64,000 nt of DNA from an uncultured delta proteobacterium (GTDB lineage: Bacteria > Desulfobacterota > Binatia > UBA9968): the NCBI GenBank assembly GCA_963847445.1, contig CAWJZV010000041.1, positions 64,001 to 128,000 of the forward strand, written 5' to 3'. This document shows, piece by piece, positions 20,360 through 30,552 of the stretch (its first letter is position 1; each line of letters starts with the position of its first letter). The notes below the pieces were generated by a model. It worked only from the letters and a program-made list of their open reading frames with translations. It was not told the DNA's origin and searched no databases. The position numbers and the translations under genes are program-made.

Positions 20360-21637
20360 CTAATTCTCCGCTTCCCAGTATTTGTCTTTCTTCAACTGCT
20401 CGACGACATAGGTCTTGGGGTCTCGGCTCGCGGGGATTGTTGTGGCGATGCAGGCGACGTGGCGGACGTCGGTTTGCGCGGTGGTGCGAATGATATGCGG
20501 CGGCTCCTTGCCGCTCGCGACGGCGCGGGCGGCGTTCAGCAGGAATTTGCGCACGGCGATGACGGTCATGTCGCTGACGCCCAAGTGTTCTTGGGAGCGG
20601 TCGTAGATCGGTCCCATGGTTTCGGTGGCGCAGGCGTCGTGGTTTAAAAAGATCGGCCCCATGCCGGTGAAGTTTTCTCGCCGCTGCTTTTCGCGGTCGA
20701 TGAGATAGTCGTTTTGCAGGTTGCGAATTTTAATAAAGTCGGGACCGATCTCCTCGTCGTGTTGTCTTTCTTCCGGCTCGATGGGCCGGTTGCGGCGGAA
20801 GTGGATGTTGTAGCGCATGCTGTGGGTGTCATCGACCGGCACATGGGAGTGGATCGTGTAGCCTTCGGGGTTTCCTTTGATGCCGCCGGTGGGGATGAAG
20901 CCGTGGCAGGGCATGACGATATTCGACACGCGCAGGTAAACCTTGTCGGCGGCGATTTTGCGGCATGACAACATGCGCACGCCGTAGTCCATCTCGATGC
21001 CTTCGAGAGTCGGCGCGGTGTCGGCGGCGTAAAGATCGCCGTCGCCGCCGCCGCGCGGCCGGTCGCCGGTGAAAGATCGGTGTAAGAACGACAGGTGCGA
21101 CGAGTCGCATTCGCCTTCGAGGCCTTGGAGCCAACTACAGTCTTGCATCGACCGGGTGACGTAGAGATTTTCCGGCGCCATGGTCATCCACTCGTAGTTG
21201 GGCAAGAGCGGCTGCTTGTCCGGCGCGCCCATGTAGGTCCAGATCATGCCGCCGGCTTCTCTGCACGGGTAGGCGACCTGGCGCACTTTGTCTTTGAGCG
21301 TGCTGCCGGCGGGCTCCGCCGGGGTGTCGAGCACCTTGCCGTCGATGTCGTATTTCCAACCATGGTAGATGCAGCGCAGGCCGCACTCTTCGTTCCTGCC
21401 AAAAAACAGCGACGTGCCGCGGTGGGCGCAGTGCTCTTCGAGCAGGCCGACTCGGCCTTGAGTATCGCGAAAGGCGACCAGATCTTCGCCGAGCAAGCGC
21501 ACGCGCACGGGCGGGCAGTCGGGCTCAGGGATTTCTGCAGCGAGCAGCGCCGGGATCCAGTAGCGGCGCATCAGTTGGCCCATCGGCTTGTCCGGGCTCA
21601 CGAGCGTGAGCATGTCGTTTTCTTCGCGTGGCAGCAT
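20360..21637 (-). CDS. Rieske non-heme iron oxygenase alpha subunit (phthalate 4,5-dioxygenase/LigX-like)
   Basis: CAHRG..CIYHGW; DSSHLSFLH; EHLGVSD. Confidence 0.92.
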   Translation of the reverse strand: MLPREENDMLTLVSPDKPMGQLMRRYWIPALLAAEIPEPDCPPVRVRLLGEDLVAFRDTQGRVGLLEEHCAHRGTSLFFGRNEECGLRCIYHGWKYDIDGKVLDTPAEPAGSTLKDKVRQVAYPCREAGGMIWTYMGAPDKQPLLPNYEWMTMAPENLYVTRSMQDCSWLQGLEGECDSSHLSFLHRSFTGDRPRGGGDGDLYAADTAPTLEGIEMDYGVRMLSCRKIAADKVYLRVSNIVMPCHGFIPTGGIKGNPEGYTIHSHVPVDDTHSMRYNIHFRRNRPIEPEERQHDEEIGPDFIKIRNLQNDYLIDREKQRRENFTGMGPIFLNHDACATETMGPIYDRSQEHLGVSDMTVIAVRKFLLNAARAVASGKEPPHIIRTTAQTDVRHVACIATTIPASRDPKTYVVEQLKKDKYWEAEN

Positions 21638-21667
21638 GGCTTGGTCCTCTTGAGTGCTGAAAGTCGA

Positions 21668-22822
21668 TCAGCCGATTTTGAATTCTCCCGGCGCGATTTC
21701 GACGATGCGGTTTTTTGCCGGATCGCGGATCGTGCCGATGGGATCTTGGCCGGCGGCGATGGCGTCCATGGAGTCCTTGTAAAGCTTGCGCAGCATGATC
21801 ACGCCTTTGTCCGACACGCCCAAGTGTTCAATGGTCCGGTCGCAAATTACCCCTTGGCTTTCTTGGGCAGCGCGGTCTTGGTCGCCGCGCGCCAGATAGC
21901 CGGTCGCTTCGTCGTAGCGGTACTGGCCTGGTGTGGTTTCAACCACGCCTTTGGCCGCGCCATCCGGCGGGATGTTCCCGGTCGGTTTGCCGTCGACCAC
22001 CGGCGCGAAGTAGACGGTGAAATGCATCGTGTGGGTGTCGTCGGCGGGCACGCGCCAACGCAGCGCTTCGTAGCCCGGATGATTGGCCGACATGCCGCAG
22101 GGATGGCTTTCCGGGACGTGATATCCGGTCTTGTTCATGGTCGGCATGATGAAGTAGCTGAGAGTCTGATAGCGCTCACCGCCGCCGGTGCGCGCGAAGG
22201 TGTCACGAATGCCGTAATCGAAGTACTCCGAGGTCAGCACCGGGTCGGTCCATTTTTTGGTATTGGGCGTGCGGTGCAGCCACTTGAAGTGATGTTGATC
22301 GACGGTGTTCTCGACCATCTGTAAATAATTGCAGCTGGCGATACGTCCTTGCAGCGAACGGATTCCGTCCTCGCGCACCAGCACGTCATAGCGCGGCAAC
22401 AACGGCGCCGGCTCCGGACCCAGGTAGGCGAAGATGACACCGGCAAGCTCTTCGACTTTGTAGGATGGCTGGCGCATTTTGTCTTTGAAATTCGCCTCCG
22501 GCGGTTCCGTGGGTTGTTCCAAACAGCGGCCGCTCACGTCGAACAGCCAGCCATGATAACAGCAGCGCAAGCCGCCGTCTTCGATGTAACCCAAGTGCAG
22601 CGATGTGCCGCGATGCGGACAGCGCGCGCCGATCAGGCCGAGCACGCCGTTCTCGTCACGGAATAAAACCAGATCTTCGCCGAGCAGCATGCGCCGCACC
22701 GGTTTGCCTTTGAGTTCGGCGGTGAAGCCGACCGGATGCCAGTAGCGGCGCATCATGGTGCCGCAAGGCGTGCCGGGCCCGACGCGGGTCAGATCGGTGT
22801 TTTCTTGGGCGGTGAGTGCCAT
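21668..22822 (-). CDS. Rieske non-heme iron oxygenase alpha subunit
   Basis: CPHRG..CCYHGW; ENTVDQHHFKWLH; QDRAAQESQG; EHLGVSD. Confidence 0.92.
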   Translation of the reverse strand: MALTAQENTDLTRVGPGTPCGTMMRRYWHPVGFTAELKGKPVRRMLLGEDLVLFRDENGVLGLIGARCPHRGTSLHLGYIEDGGLRCCYHGWLFDVSGRCLEQPTEPPEANFKDKMRQPSYKVEELAGVIFAYLGPEPAPLLPRYDVLVREDGIRSLQGRIASCNYLQMVENTVDQHHFKWLHRTPNTKKWTDPVLTSEYFDYGIRDTFARTGGGERYQTLSYFIMPTMNKTGYHVPESHPCGMSANHPGYEALRWRVPADDTHTMHFTVYFAPVVDGKPTGNIPPDGAAKGVVETTPGQYRYDEATGYLARGDQDRAAQESQGVICDRTIEHLGVSDKGVIMLRKLYKDSMDAIAAGQDPIGTIRDPAKNRIVEIAPGEFKIG

Positions 22823-22916
22823 TTGGATGTCTCCTGCCTAGTGCGAAATGATCGAGGGAATTGGCAATAGTGTTCACTACGATGGACCTAGTGCAGCGAA
22901 GCCGCAACCGAAAAGA

Positions 22917-23134
22917 AGATTGGCCGCAAAGAACGCAAAGGGTGCAAAAAAAAATCGGGACTGGTAGGGGCGGGTTTGAAACCCGCCCTCTTGGATTTGG
23001 CGCTCGGACAATTTGCGCATGCCGCGTAAACTATCTCGGATAGCACTACGAAGGTCTGGGAAGTAGGGCGCAGCATGCTGCGCTCCTACAAGTCCAGTTG
23101 CTTTCGGTCCCTTTGCGTTCTTTGCGGCCAATCT
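22917..23134. repeat. element bounded by perfect 26-bp inverted repeats, enclosing two GTAG REPs
   Basis: AGATTGGCCGCAAAGAACGCAAAGGG at 22917-22942 and its reverse complement at 23109-23134; REPs at 22964-22990 and 23063-23089. Confidence 0.85.
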
Positions 23135-23142
23135 CTCCGTCT

Positions 23143-24215
23143 TCAAACTACCTTGCGAACAGTTTTAATTTTTCCGCCGGCAGATCGGATGTAAACTTGC
23201 TGCGCCAGCACGGTCCTCTGCGTCGTTTTGAATCGTAACGGCTTGCCGTTCACCTTCACGTCGCACACCGTCAGCTCGCCGAGAAACGTCGATGCCAATA
23301 CTTCGGCGGCAAATTCGTTTTCCAATCCGGTAGGCGCGGCGGCGATCTGCAACTCTTCGGGCCGGATGGCGACGCTGACGTTGCGCAAACTGCCATCGCC
23401 GACGGCGCAGACAAGCTTTCCTAGGTCGGTGTCGACTTGAGCGCCGTTGCTGACGACGCCGTCGATCAAATTGGTCGAACCGAGGAACTCGCAGACTTCA
23501 CGGTTCAACGGCCGATCATAGAGATCCCGCGGCGGCGCGCACTGCAAGACTTTCCCTTTGCTCATGACCGCGACACGGTCGGCCAGCGCCATGGCTTCGA
23601 CCTGGTCGTGGGTGACGTAGAGCACGGCGATGCCAAATTTCTTGGACAGGTTCTTGATCTCGTCGCGCACTTCTTCGCGCAGGCGGGCGTCGAGATTGCT
23701 GAGCGGCTCGTCCATCAACAGCACTTTCGGTTCCACCGCGAGGGCGCGCGCCAAGGCGACGCGCTGCTGCTGGCCGCCGCTTAAAAATGGCGCCGGGCGG
23801 TCGGCGAGGCCGCCGAGCTGAACCAGCTCCAGCGCGTTCAGCACGCGCTTTTTGATGTCGGCGCGGGACAGCTTGTAGCGGTCCATTGATCAGCGGGAAG
23901 GCGACATTGTCGTAGACCGTCATATGCGGCCAGACGGCGTAGGACTGAAACACCATGCCGATGCCGCGCCCTTCGGGAGCGACGAAGAATTTGCGTTCGG
24001 CGGAGCTGACCAGGACGTTGCTGATGGCGATCTCGCCGCCGTCGGGCCGCTCCAAGCCGGCGACGCAGCGTAGGAGCGTGGTCTTGCCCGAGCCGCTGAG
24101 CCCGAGCAGGACGAAGAACTCCTGGTCGCCGACATCGACGCTGACGCCGTCGACGGCATGCACCGCGTCGGTGCCGGACTTGTAGATCTTTAGTAAGGTT
24201 TCTTATCGATATCAT
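23143..24215 (-). CDS. ABC transporter ATPase (FbpC/PotA-like), frameshifted
   Basis: GLSGSGKTT, LSGGQQQRVALARAL, MDEPLSNLD, YVTHDQ. Confidence 0.92.
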
Positions 24216-24331
24216 TTTCGGCGCTTACTCAGTTGATATTCGTTGTCGTGACTCGACTGCGCGCAAAATGTCCAGCGCAGTTTTTATCACGCCGCCGGGG
24301 ATTTGCAATCGACTCGTGGCCGCTCAACGCG

Positions 24332-25105
24332 TCAGTCGCCGGAATAGTGCAGGCGCCAGTAATAATTCGCCCAGCCGATATACTCGTGGAGGGTGGCAAA
24401 CATCTTCGGCGCGGCGCCTTCGCTGGGAAAAAAGTTGAAGGGCGAAAAGTCAAATTTGCCAACGGAAAAATCTCCCGGCGCGGGGATCGGTTCGGCCACC
24501 CGCGCGCCGAACACCAGCATGCTGCGCGGCATATGCACGGCTGAAGTGACCAAGAGATAGCGTTTCCAGCCATGCTTCTTCAGGACTTTCTGAGTCTCCA
24601 AGGCATTCTCAAATGTGTCGCGGGATTTTTCTTCGCCGATGACATCCTGCTTGGGCACGCCCCACTTGATGAGAAAGTCGCGGGCGATCTTGTTTTCGTC
24701 CATCGCCGGCGTGAACGGATTGACATGGCCGCCGGAAATAATGATCGGTTTGGGCTGGATGCGATAGAGCCGCCAGGCCTCGTCGAGGCGGCGAAACATA
24801 TGCTCGTCGATGGAGGGAAAGGGAATCAAGCCGCTCGCCGGATAGCTGCCGCTGGTGAGCACGACGATGGCGTCGTAGGCGCCGGCTTGGCGCGGATCGA
24901 GCAGCGGCGGATAGCGCGACTCTAGTTGGTAGCGCAGCGCATAGTTTAACGGGCCGCAGTGGAGGCTGAGTATGAGTAGCAACGTGACGAACAGCAGTTT
25001 ACGCGCCCAGCGGCGCCGCCAAAAGATCAAAACCGCTAGCAGCATGAGCAGCCACGGCATCGGCGGCAGCAGGAGCGCTTTCAAGAACTGCTTGAGGGTG
25101 AACAT
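24332..25105 (-). CDS. YdcF/ElyC (DUF218) family protein
   Basis: LLLPP TM start, AIVVL, IIISGG, EEKSRDTFENA, LVTSAVHMPRS, LHEYIG. Confidence 0.88.
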   Translation of the reverse strand: MFTLKQFLKALLLPPMPWLLMLLAVLIFWRRRWARKLLFVTLLLILSLHCGPLNYALRYQLESRYPPLLDPRQAGAYDAIVVLTSGSYPASGLIPFPSIDEHMFRRLDEAWRLYRIQPKPIIISGGHVNPFTPAMDENKIARDFLIKWGVPKQDVIGEEKSRDTFENALETQKVLKKHGWKRYLLVTSAVHMPRSMLVFGARVAEPIPAPGDFSVGKFDFSPFNFFPSEGAAPKMFATLHEYIGWANYYWRLHYSGD

Positions 25106-25116
25106 GGGATTGATGA

Positions 25117-25209
25117 GGTTTCGGGTCCAGGGATTCGAGTTTCGGCTTGTCGCCGCCGCAACCGAACCGACGATGCAACTCGAAACTGAGAAACCCGAAA
25201 CGCGAAACT
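25117..25209. repeat. palindrome built from GTTTCGR / YCGAAAC heptamers
   Basis: GGTTTCGGG..TTCGAGTTTCGG versus AACTCGAAACTGAGAAACCCGAAACGCGAAACT. Confidence 0.6.
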
Positions 25210-25215
25210 GCAGTT

Positions 25216-25860
25216 TCACTCCGCATCCGGCTGCTTTTCCGGGGCGGCGTTGGCGAAGGCTGGGATCGCGTTGCAGTTCTGCTCGATTTCTAAAATCGTC
25301 GGGTACTTCGACAGATCGCAGCCGTAACGCCGCGCGTTGCCGAGCTGCGGGATTAAACAAACGTCAGCCAGTGTCGGCACGTCGCCGAAGCAGAACTTGC
25401 CGCGCTTGGGCTGGGCGACGATCATCTCTTGCAGCGCCGCCAGGCCGAGGTCGATCCAGTGCTGTGCCCACTTGTTCACTTGCTCGTCGGTCTGATTGTA
25501 GGTCGCTTTGACGTAATTGAGCACGCGCAGATTCTGAATCGGGTGAACTTCGCAGGCGATCACCAACGCCATGCTGCGCACCAGCGCTCGATCTGCGGGG
25601 TCTCTGGGTAGCAACGGCGGATTGGGATGGGTTTCTTCGAGATATTCTATTATCGCCAGGGACTGGGTCAGAACCCTGCCGTTGTCCTCCAGCGCCGGCA
25701 CCAGGGCCTGTGGATTGATCGCCGTGTACGCCGGCATCAATTGCTCGCCGCCGCCGCGGCGCAGATGAATCGGCGCCTGTTCGCAGCCGATGGCTTTCAA
25801 ATTTAACGCGATGCGCACGCGGTAGGAAGCGGAGCTGCGGAAGAAGGTGTAAAGTTTCAT
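25216..25860 (-). CDS. maiA: maleylacetoacetate/maleylpyruvate isomerase (GST zeta)
   Basis: MKLYTFFRSSASYRVRIALNLK, NPQALVP, QSLAIIEYL, HPIQNLRVL, PEKQPDA. Confidence 0.95.
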   Translation of the reverse strand: MKLYTFFRSSASYRVRIALNLKAIGCEQAPIHLRRGGGEQLMPAYTAINPQALVPALEDNGRVLTQSLAIIEYLEETHPNPPLLPRDPADRALVRSMALVIACEVHPIQNLRVLNYVKATYNQTDEQVNKWAQHWIDLGLAALQEMIVAQPKRGKFCFGDVPTLADVCLIPQLGNARRYGCDLSKYPTILEIEQNCNAIPAFANAAPEKQPDAE

Positions 25861-26858
25861 TGAAATATTTTCCTGTACTCTTTGCGTTTCTCGGCCATCA
25901 TGTTGGCGTCGGGTTCGTCCATCTCGACGACTTGGATTTTGTCGGCGTCGGCGAGCGGTGGGTGAATGCCTTTGCGGGTGACGAACTCGCCGGACTTGGC
26001 CATCACTCTTAGGCTTTCGTCGCTGTAGAAGTAATCGAGAAACGCCTTGGCGGCGTTGGGCCTTGCGGCCCTGCTGCTCATGGCGATGGCGTGGCCGTGG
26101 CCGAGCATCTTGTCTTGTCTGACGTAGTCCAGCGGCGCGCCCTTTTGGCCGAAGACGATGACGTATTTCAAGTAAGTAATCGCGATCGGCGTTTCGCCGG
26201 TGGTGACGCGCTCGGCGGCGGGCAACACGCCTTCGACGATCACCGGTTTGGTGGCGCCGAGATCGCGCAGGTACTTGTCGGCGCGATCTTTGCCCATGAG
26301 TTTGTAAAGGCTCATGGGCCACATGACGGCAACGGCGCCGCGGGACGGATCGGCAAAGGCGAGCTTGCCGCGGAACTCGGGCTTCAGTAAATCTTCCAGA
26401 GACTTGGGCGCTTTGTCCGGGCTGATGATGCTCTTGTTGTAGACGATGCCGACGATCGATGTGCGGTAGCTCGGGCCGAGCTGCGGATGCTGAAACTCGG
26501 CGGCGAAGTTTTTCGCCATCGGCGAGTCGTATTTCGCCAGGGCGCCTTCGGTTAGAAGAATTTCCATCGGGCCGGCATTGTTGAGCACCAGATCGTAGCC
26601 GACTTTGTTGGCGCGCTTTTCACTCGATGCGCGTTCCAGCACCGTGGCGCCGGCGGCGCGCCAGTAGTCGACCTTGATGCCGGTTTTTTTTTCAAATCCT
26701 TGCTGAACGCCGTCGAAGATGTCGGTCTCCATGGAGCCGTAGATGACGACCTTGCCATCTTTCTTGCCTTCGGCGACCAGTTTGGCGTCCTGGGCGAGCA
26801 GGTGAGACGGGAGACAGAGACAGAGCAAGCCGAGCAGTATGCGCATAGAGATTTCCAA
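25857..26858 (-). CDS. Fe(III)/AfuA-type ABC substrate-binding protein
   Basis: Signal peptide, GKVVIYGS, YNK..APKSLEDLL.P, PNAAKAFLDY. Confidence 0.82.
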   Translation of the reverse strand: MEISMRILLGLLCLCLPSHLLAQDAKLVAEGKKDGKVVIYGSMETDIFDGVQQGFEKKTGIKVDYWRAAGATVLERASSEKRANKVGYDLVLNNAGPMEILLTEGALAKYDSPMAKNFAAEFQHPQLGPSYRTSIVGIVYNKSIISPDKAPKSLEDLLKPEFRGKLAFADPSRGAVAVMWPMSLYKLMGKDRADKYLRDLGATKPVIVEGVLPAAERVTTGETPIAITYLKYVIVFGQKGAPLDYVRQDKMLGHGHAIAMSSRAARPNAAKAFLDYFYSDESLRVMAKSGEFVTRKGIHPPLADADKIQVVEMDEPDANMMAEKRKEYRKIFQ

Positions 26859-26860
26859 CT

Positions 26861-26884
26861 GTAGGGGCGCAGTATGCTGCGCCC
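26861..26884 (+). repeat. GTAG REP
   Basis: GTAG-GGGCGCAGTATGCTGCGCCC. Confidence 0.7.
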
Positions 26885-26890
26885 GTTGCC

Positions 26891-27859
26891 TCAGGCCGCC
26901 AATTCCACCGAGGTGACGAACGGCAGGCCGCTGGCGACTTCACGCGCGCCGCTGTCGTCGATCAGCAGGAGGGTTCCGTCCGAGGTGCCGGCGATCATGC
27001 CATTACCCTCGGGCGTCGGGCAGAGGTGCATGACGCCGCCGTTTAGATTGTCGATGACGGTGTCCCAAGTCTTGCCTTTGTCGCTGCTGCGCAGGATCGC
27101 CGACATGGCGCCTTCTTCGCGTAGCCAGAGATTGGGCCGGCCACGGGCGGCGCCGACGTAGAGGACGCCGTGGTTATCTTCGGCGACGGAAATGCCGTAG
27201 TCATGATTTTTCGGCGAGATGTTTTCCCAGTGGCCGGCGCGGTCGGGGCTGCGGAAGCAGGCTTCGCCGCAGGCGAGAAAAACCATGCCGCTGTGTTGCT
27301 CGGACGCGAGGATCTCGTGGATGTCCATGTCGGTGAGCCCTTCGTTGCAGGGCTCCCAGCCGCGGCCGCCGTCGTCGCTCAACACCATGCCGCCGACTTC
27401 GATGCCGGCGTAGAGGCGATTCTTGTTTTCCGGCTCGTAGGCGAGGTAGCGCGTGCGCGACTGCAATTCCGGACTCGGCGGGAAGTTGGCGCCGGCACTG
27501 TGCAACCGCACGCCCTCTAGTTCCTCCCAGCCGCCGTTCTTGCTGCGGTACACCGCGGATGGGATCGTGCCGACCATGACGCCGCCGTCGATGGCCAGCG
27601 CCGAGTAGAGAAACATCTTCGGCACCTGCGGATCGGCGCGGTTCCAGTGGGCGCCGGCGTCTTTGGTGTAGAAAAGCCCGGAGTGTTCGGTGCCGGCGTA
27701 AATCTTCTTGGGATCTTCCGGGTCCACGGTCATGCAGGTGAGCGTCCAGTAACTCAAGTCGCGCTTGGTCTGGGTGAACTGCTTACCGTTCTGTTCGAAA
27801 CGGTACCAGCCGGAAAATGTCGCGACATGCAAGGCCTTCTTGCCATTCGTCCCGCTCAT
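26891..27859 (-). CDS. BNR/Asp-box beta-propeller protein
   Basis: TKDAGAHW, SDDGGRGW, SSDKGKTW; no signal peptide. Confidence 0.8.
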   Translation of the reverse strand: MSGTNGKKALHVATFSGWYRFEQNGKQFTQTKRDLSYWTLTCMTVDPEDPKKIYAGTEHSGLFYTKDAGAHWNRADPQVPKMFLYSALAIDGGVMVGTIPSAVYRSKNGGWEELEGVRLHSAGANFPPSPELQSRTRYLAYEPENKNRLYAGIEVGGMVLSDDGGRGWEPCNEGLTDMDIHEILASEQHSGMVFLACGEACFRSPDRAGHWENISPKNHDYGISVAEDNHGVLYVGAARGRPNLWLREEGAMSAILRSSDKGKTWDTVIDNLNGGVMHLCPTPEGNGMIAGTSDGTLLLIDDSGAREVASGLPFVTSVELAA

Positions 27860-27948
27860 GAGAGTCTCCTTACGGCGATGTGCCGAGTGAAATTTGCCTT
27901 AGTATTAACTCGACATGGGGTTCAATCGCAAATGGGAAAACTCGTGAA

Positions 27949-28360
27949 TCACTTTTTGGCACGCAGCTCATACATGACTTGTCCGATCGCCTCGTCCAGC
28001 CACAATTGAAATCTTCTATTTGCTGACTCTTCGGCAAACGGTCGTGAGCGGGCAGATTGAAGAATCTCCAGGGATTGCGGTGTTGCAAACGCTACCAGGC
28101 CGTCCAGCGCTTGTTGCCACGCTTCTTCTTCCGCGCCGTGGAGTACTTCGCTGAGAAAAGGCAGGACCGCCTCTTCATGGCGTTCCCAGGCTGCTTTGAC
28201 CAGGAAGGCGCGAATGCCGGAACTTTGTTCATCTCTGAAAGTCTCGATCAATGCCGGCAGGATGTCGCCAGGCAACTCAATCAGAGTGAAAAACGCCGAC
28301 TCTTCGTCTCCCGACCGAAACGTCTCGACGATAGCATTCGATTTCGCGCGCCAACGACAT
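27949..28360 (-). CDS. small HEAT-repeat-like protein, frameshifted near the start
   Basis: LPALIE..R.FLV.A, VLPFL..L..WQQALDGL. Confidence 0.6.
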
Positions 28361-28992
28361 CTAACTTTTCCAGATCTCTATAAGTTCTTTCGACTCCACA
28401 ACATCGGCGAAGCGCTCGATTCTTTTCAGCGCGGCGTTGTGGCCTTCCTCGGTGTAGGTGCCGACGCAATCGCGTATGATGACCATTGAAAAACCGCGGT
28501 TGTGGCCGTCGCGCACGGTCATCTCGACGCCGCCGTCGGTGGTGCAGCCGATCATGACGACGGTGCTGGCGCCGCGGTTGTGCATGATGGTTTCAAACTC
28601 GTTGCCGACGAACATGCTCGGCCGGCGCTTGTCGATGACGATGTCTTCGGGCGCCGGTTTGAAGGGTTTCATGATCTCCCAGTTGGTGCTGCCCTTCGCA
28701 CGGCGCGGCTTGAGCTTGCTCGGATGATCGACCTTCTCGTTGATCATCGCTCGGCGAATCCAGGTGACCGCCTCTTCGCTCCAGAGAAACGGCGTCTGGC
28801 GCGTGTAAACGGTCTTGACGCCGGCCTTGGCTGCGGTGGCGATGAGCGGCGGCGCGTGCGAATGAGCGCGTCTTTGTTAAACGAACCCCCGGCTTGATCG
28901 TTCTGCATGTCCCAGACTAGCAGGACCGTGCGTTTGGGATCGACGATCTCTTTTAGTTCGTTGGGAATCTGTCTACCGTCGAATTCGATCAT
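28361..28992 (-). CDS. isochorismatase/cysteine hydrolase, frameshifted
   Basis: LLVWDMQND, IDKRRPSMF, GCTTDGGVE.T.RDG (Gly where the catalytic Cys usually lies). Confidence 0.82.
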
Positions 28993-29046
28993 CGGCGTTG
29001 CCTCCTTACTTGAATGGGCCTTTCGGTTTACTGAGAAGATGCATTT

Positions 29047-29290
29047 ACCACGAAGGACACGAAGGGGTCGGAGAATTCATATTCCGAACTTCGTGCTCTT
29101 CGTGACCTTCGTGGTGAAGACTCTTTCCCATTTGGTTGCTAGGCGATCACCGCTCCGCCACCCCAGGGCGTATGCAATACGCCCTTACAAAGAGATCCGA
29201 ACTTTGCGCCCTTTGCGCGAGATATTCCGGTTTTAGGTCCTTCGTGGTGAAAATACTCCTGCCCACTTGGCTGAGGCTGCCCCGCTCTAG
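29047..29290. repeat. composite of CACGAAG 9-mer inverted repeats and a REP
   Basis: ACCACGAAGGACACGAAG / CTTCGTGACCTTCGTGGT (17/18); REP AGGGCGTATGCAATACGCCCTTAC at 29165-29188. Confidence 0.72.
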
Positions 29291-29294
29291 CTGA

Positions 29295-30290
29295 CTAGCG
29301 CGTCGATGCCAATTCTTTACGCGCTTTTTCGAGAAAACTGAAGTCGACGACCTGCGCGGCTGAGATCGGTTGCGCCACGTTGGAAGTCTCGCGGGTCAAA
29401 TCGATGAAGTATTGCACGGCTTGGGGGCTGATCACCGCGTCTTTGGCCAGGCCGCGCTTGAGATAGCCGAGCATTTCAGCGGCGAGCTTTTGATCGCTGA
29501 CACGCCACTGTTTCATCATGACGTCGCGCGCCTGCTCACGATTAGCTTCGTCGCTGACGAACTGCAAGCCGCGGTAGGTCGCGCGCACCATGCGATAAAC
29601 TTCATCCGGCTGCTGTTGGATGCGCGCCACCGAAGTGCCGAAGCCATTTTGCGGAAAACTCACGACGTCGCCCAAAAAGATCAGCTCGTTGTAGCCTTTG
29701 TTCACGGCGATAATATTCTCCGGCACCGAGAGTAATGCGGCGTCGACGACGCCCTGTTCCAATACCGCCAGCCGCCCGGCGCCCGATCCCCCCATCGGTA
29801 ATACCTGCACGTCCTTACCGGGTTCGAGGGCGAAATGTTTTAAGGCTTGATAGGCGAGGATCGTCGCCGAACCGCCGGGCGAGCTGCCGGCGACTTTTTT
29901 TCCTTTCAGATCGCGTGGCTCTCTGATCTCCTTGCGGCTGACGAAAGATTGCAGCGGTTTGGCGATGGTGAAGATCAAGATCTTTGCCGGGTAGTTGCGA
30001 GTCGCGGCAAGCGCCAGGCCGGTGAGTCCGGCGCTGTACTCGATCTCGCCCTTGAAGAAGGCGTTGTTCGCCGCGGCGAGAGACATCAGGATGATTTCCA
30101 GATCGATGCCTTCGTCTCGATAAAAACCTTTCTGATATGCCGCGTAGATTGGCAGAAAGCCAACGCTGGTGGCGGCGATGCCGAGGCGGAGCTTTTTGAG
30201 TGCAGGCTGCGCCGGTGCCGGCGAGCAAAACCAACTGTCTATGGCAAGCACGCCGATGCAGCAGAGCATTGGCAGGTAACGTCGAGACAT
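29295..30290 (-). CDS. NitT/TauT-type substrate-binding protein
   Basis: Signal peptide, FLPIY.A..KGFYRDEGIDLE, DLKGKKVA, FPQNGF. Confidence 0.85.
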   Translation of the reverse strand: MSRRYLPMLCCIGVLAIDSWFCSPAPAQPALKKLRLGIAATSVGFLPIYAAYQKGFYRDEGIDLEIILMSLAAANNAFFKGEIEYSAGLTGLALAATRNYPAKILIFTIAKPLQSFVSRKEIREPRDLKGKKVAGSSPGGSATILAYQALKHFALEPGKDVQVLPMGGSGAGRLAVLEQGVVDAALLSVPENIIAVNKGYNELIFLGDVVSFPQNGFGTSVARIQQQPDEVYRMVRATYRGLQFVSDEANREQARDVMMKQWRVSDQKLAAEMLGYLKRGLAKDAVISPQAVQYFIDLTRETSNVAQPISAAQVVDFSFLEKARKELASTR

Positions 30291-30306
30291 GGCGGTGTCT
30301 CCTTTA

Positions 30307-30510
30307 AAATCCGAAATTCGAAGCACCAAATCCGAAATAAACTCCCAACAAACAAATCCGAAATCCGAATATCGAAAGCGGCCCCGCGGACCGAAATAAA
30401 CCGCAGCCAAATCAACTCAAACTGGGAAAATCCAAAACGAGGAATCCGAATCAGGGTTGTTTGGAACATTGTGTTTTTGGTCATTGGAATTTGTTTCGAG
30501 TTTCGAGCTT
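30307..30510. repeat. AAATCCG / TTTCGAG heptamer array
   Basis: AAATCCGAAATTCGAAGCACCAAATCCGAAA..AAATCCGAAATCCGAAT and opposite TTTCGAGTTTCGAG. Confidence 0.65.
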
Positions 30511-30552
30511 TGCCTTTCTCAGTGAGTGCTTGGCGTTTTTTGGGGCGATGAT

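Noticed and set aside
20350-20362. Amber readthrough fusing the Rieske protein to TerC
   Set aside because: In-frame by a 1-in-3 chance; the fragment is truncated and itself frameshifted.
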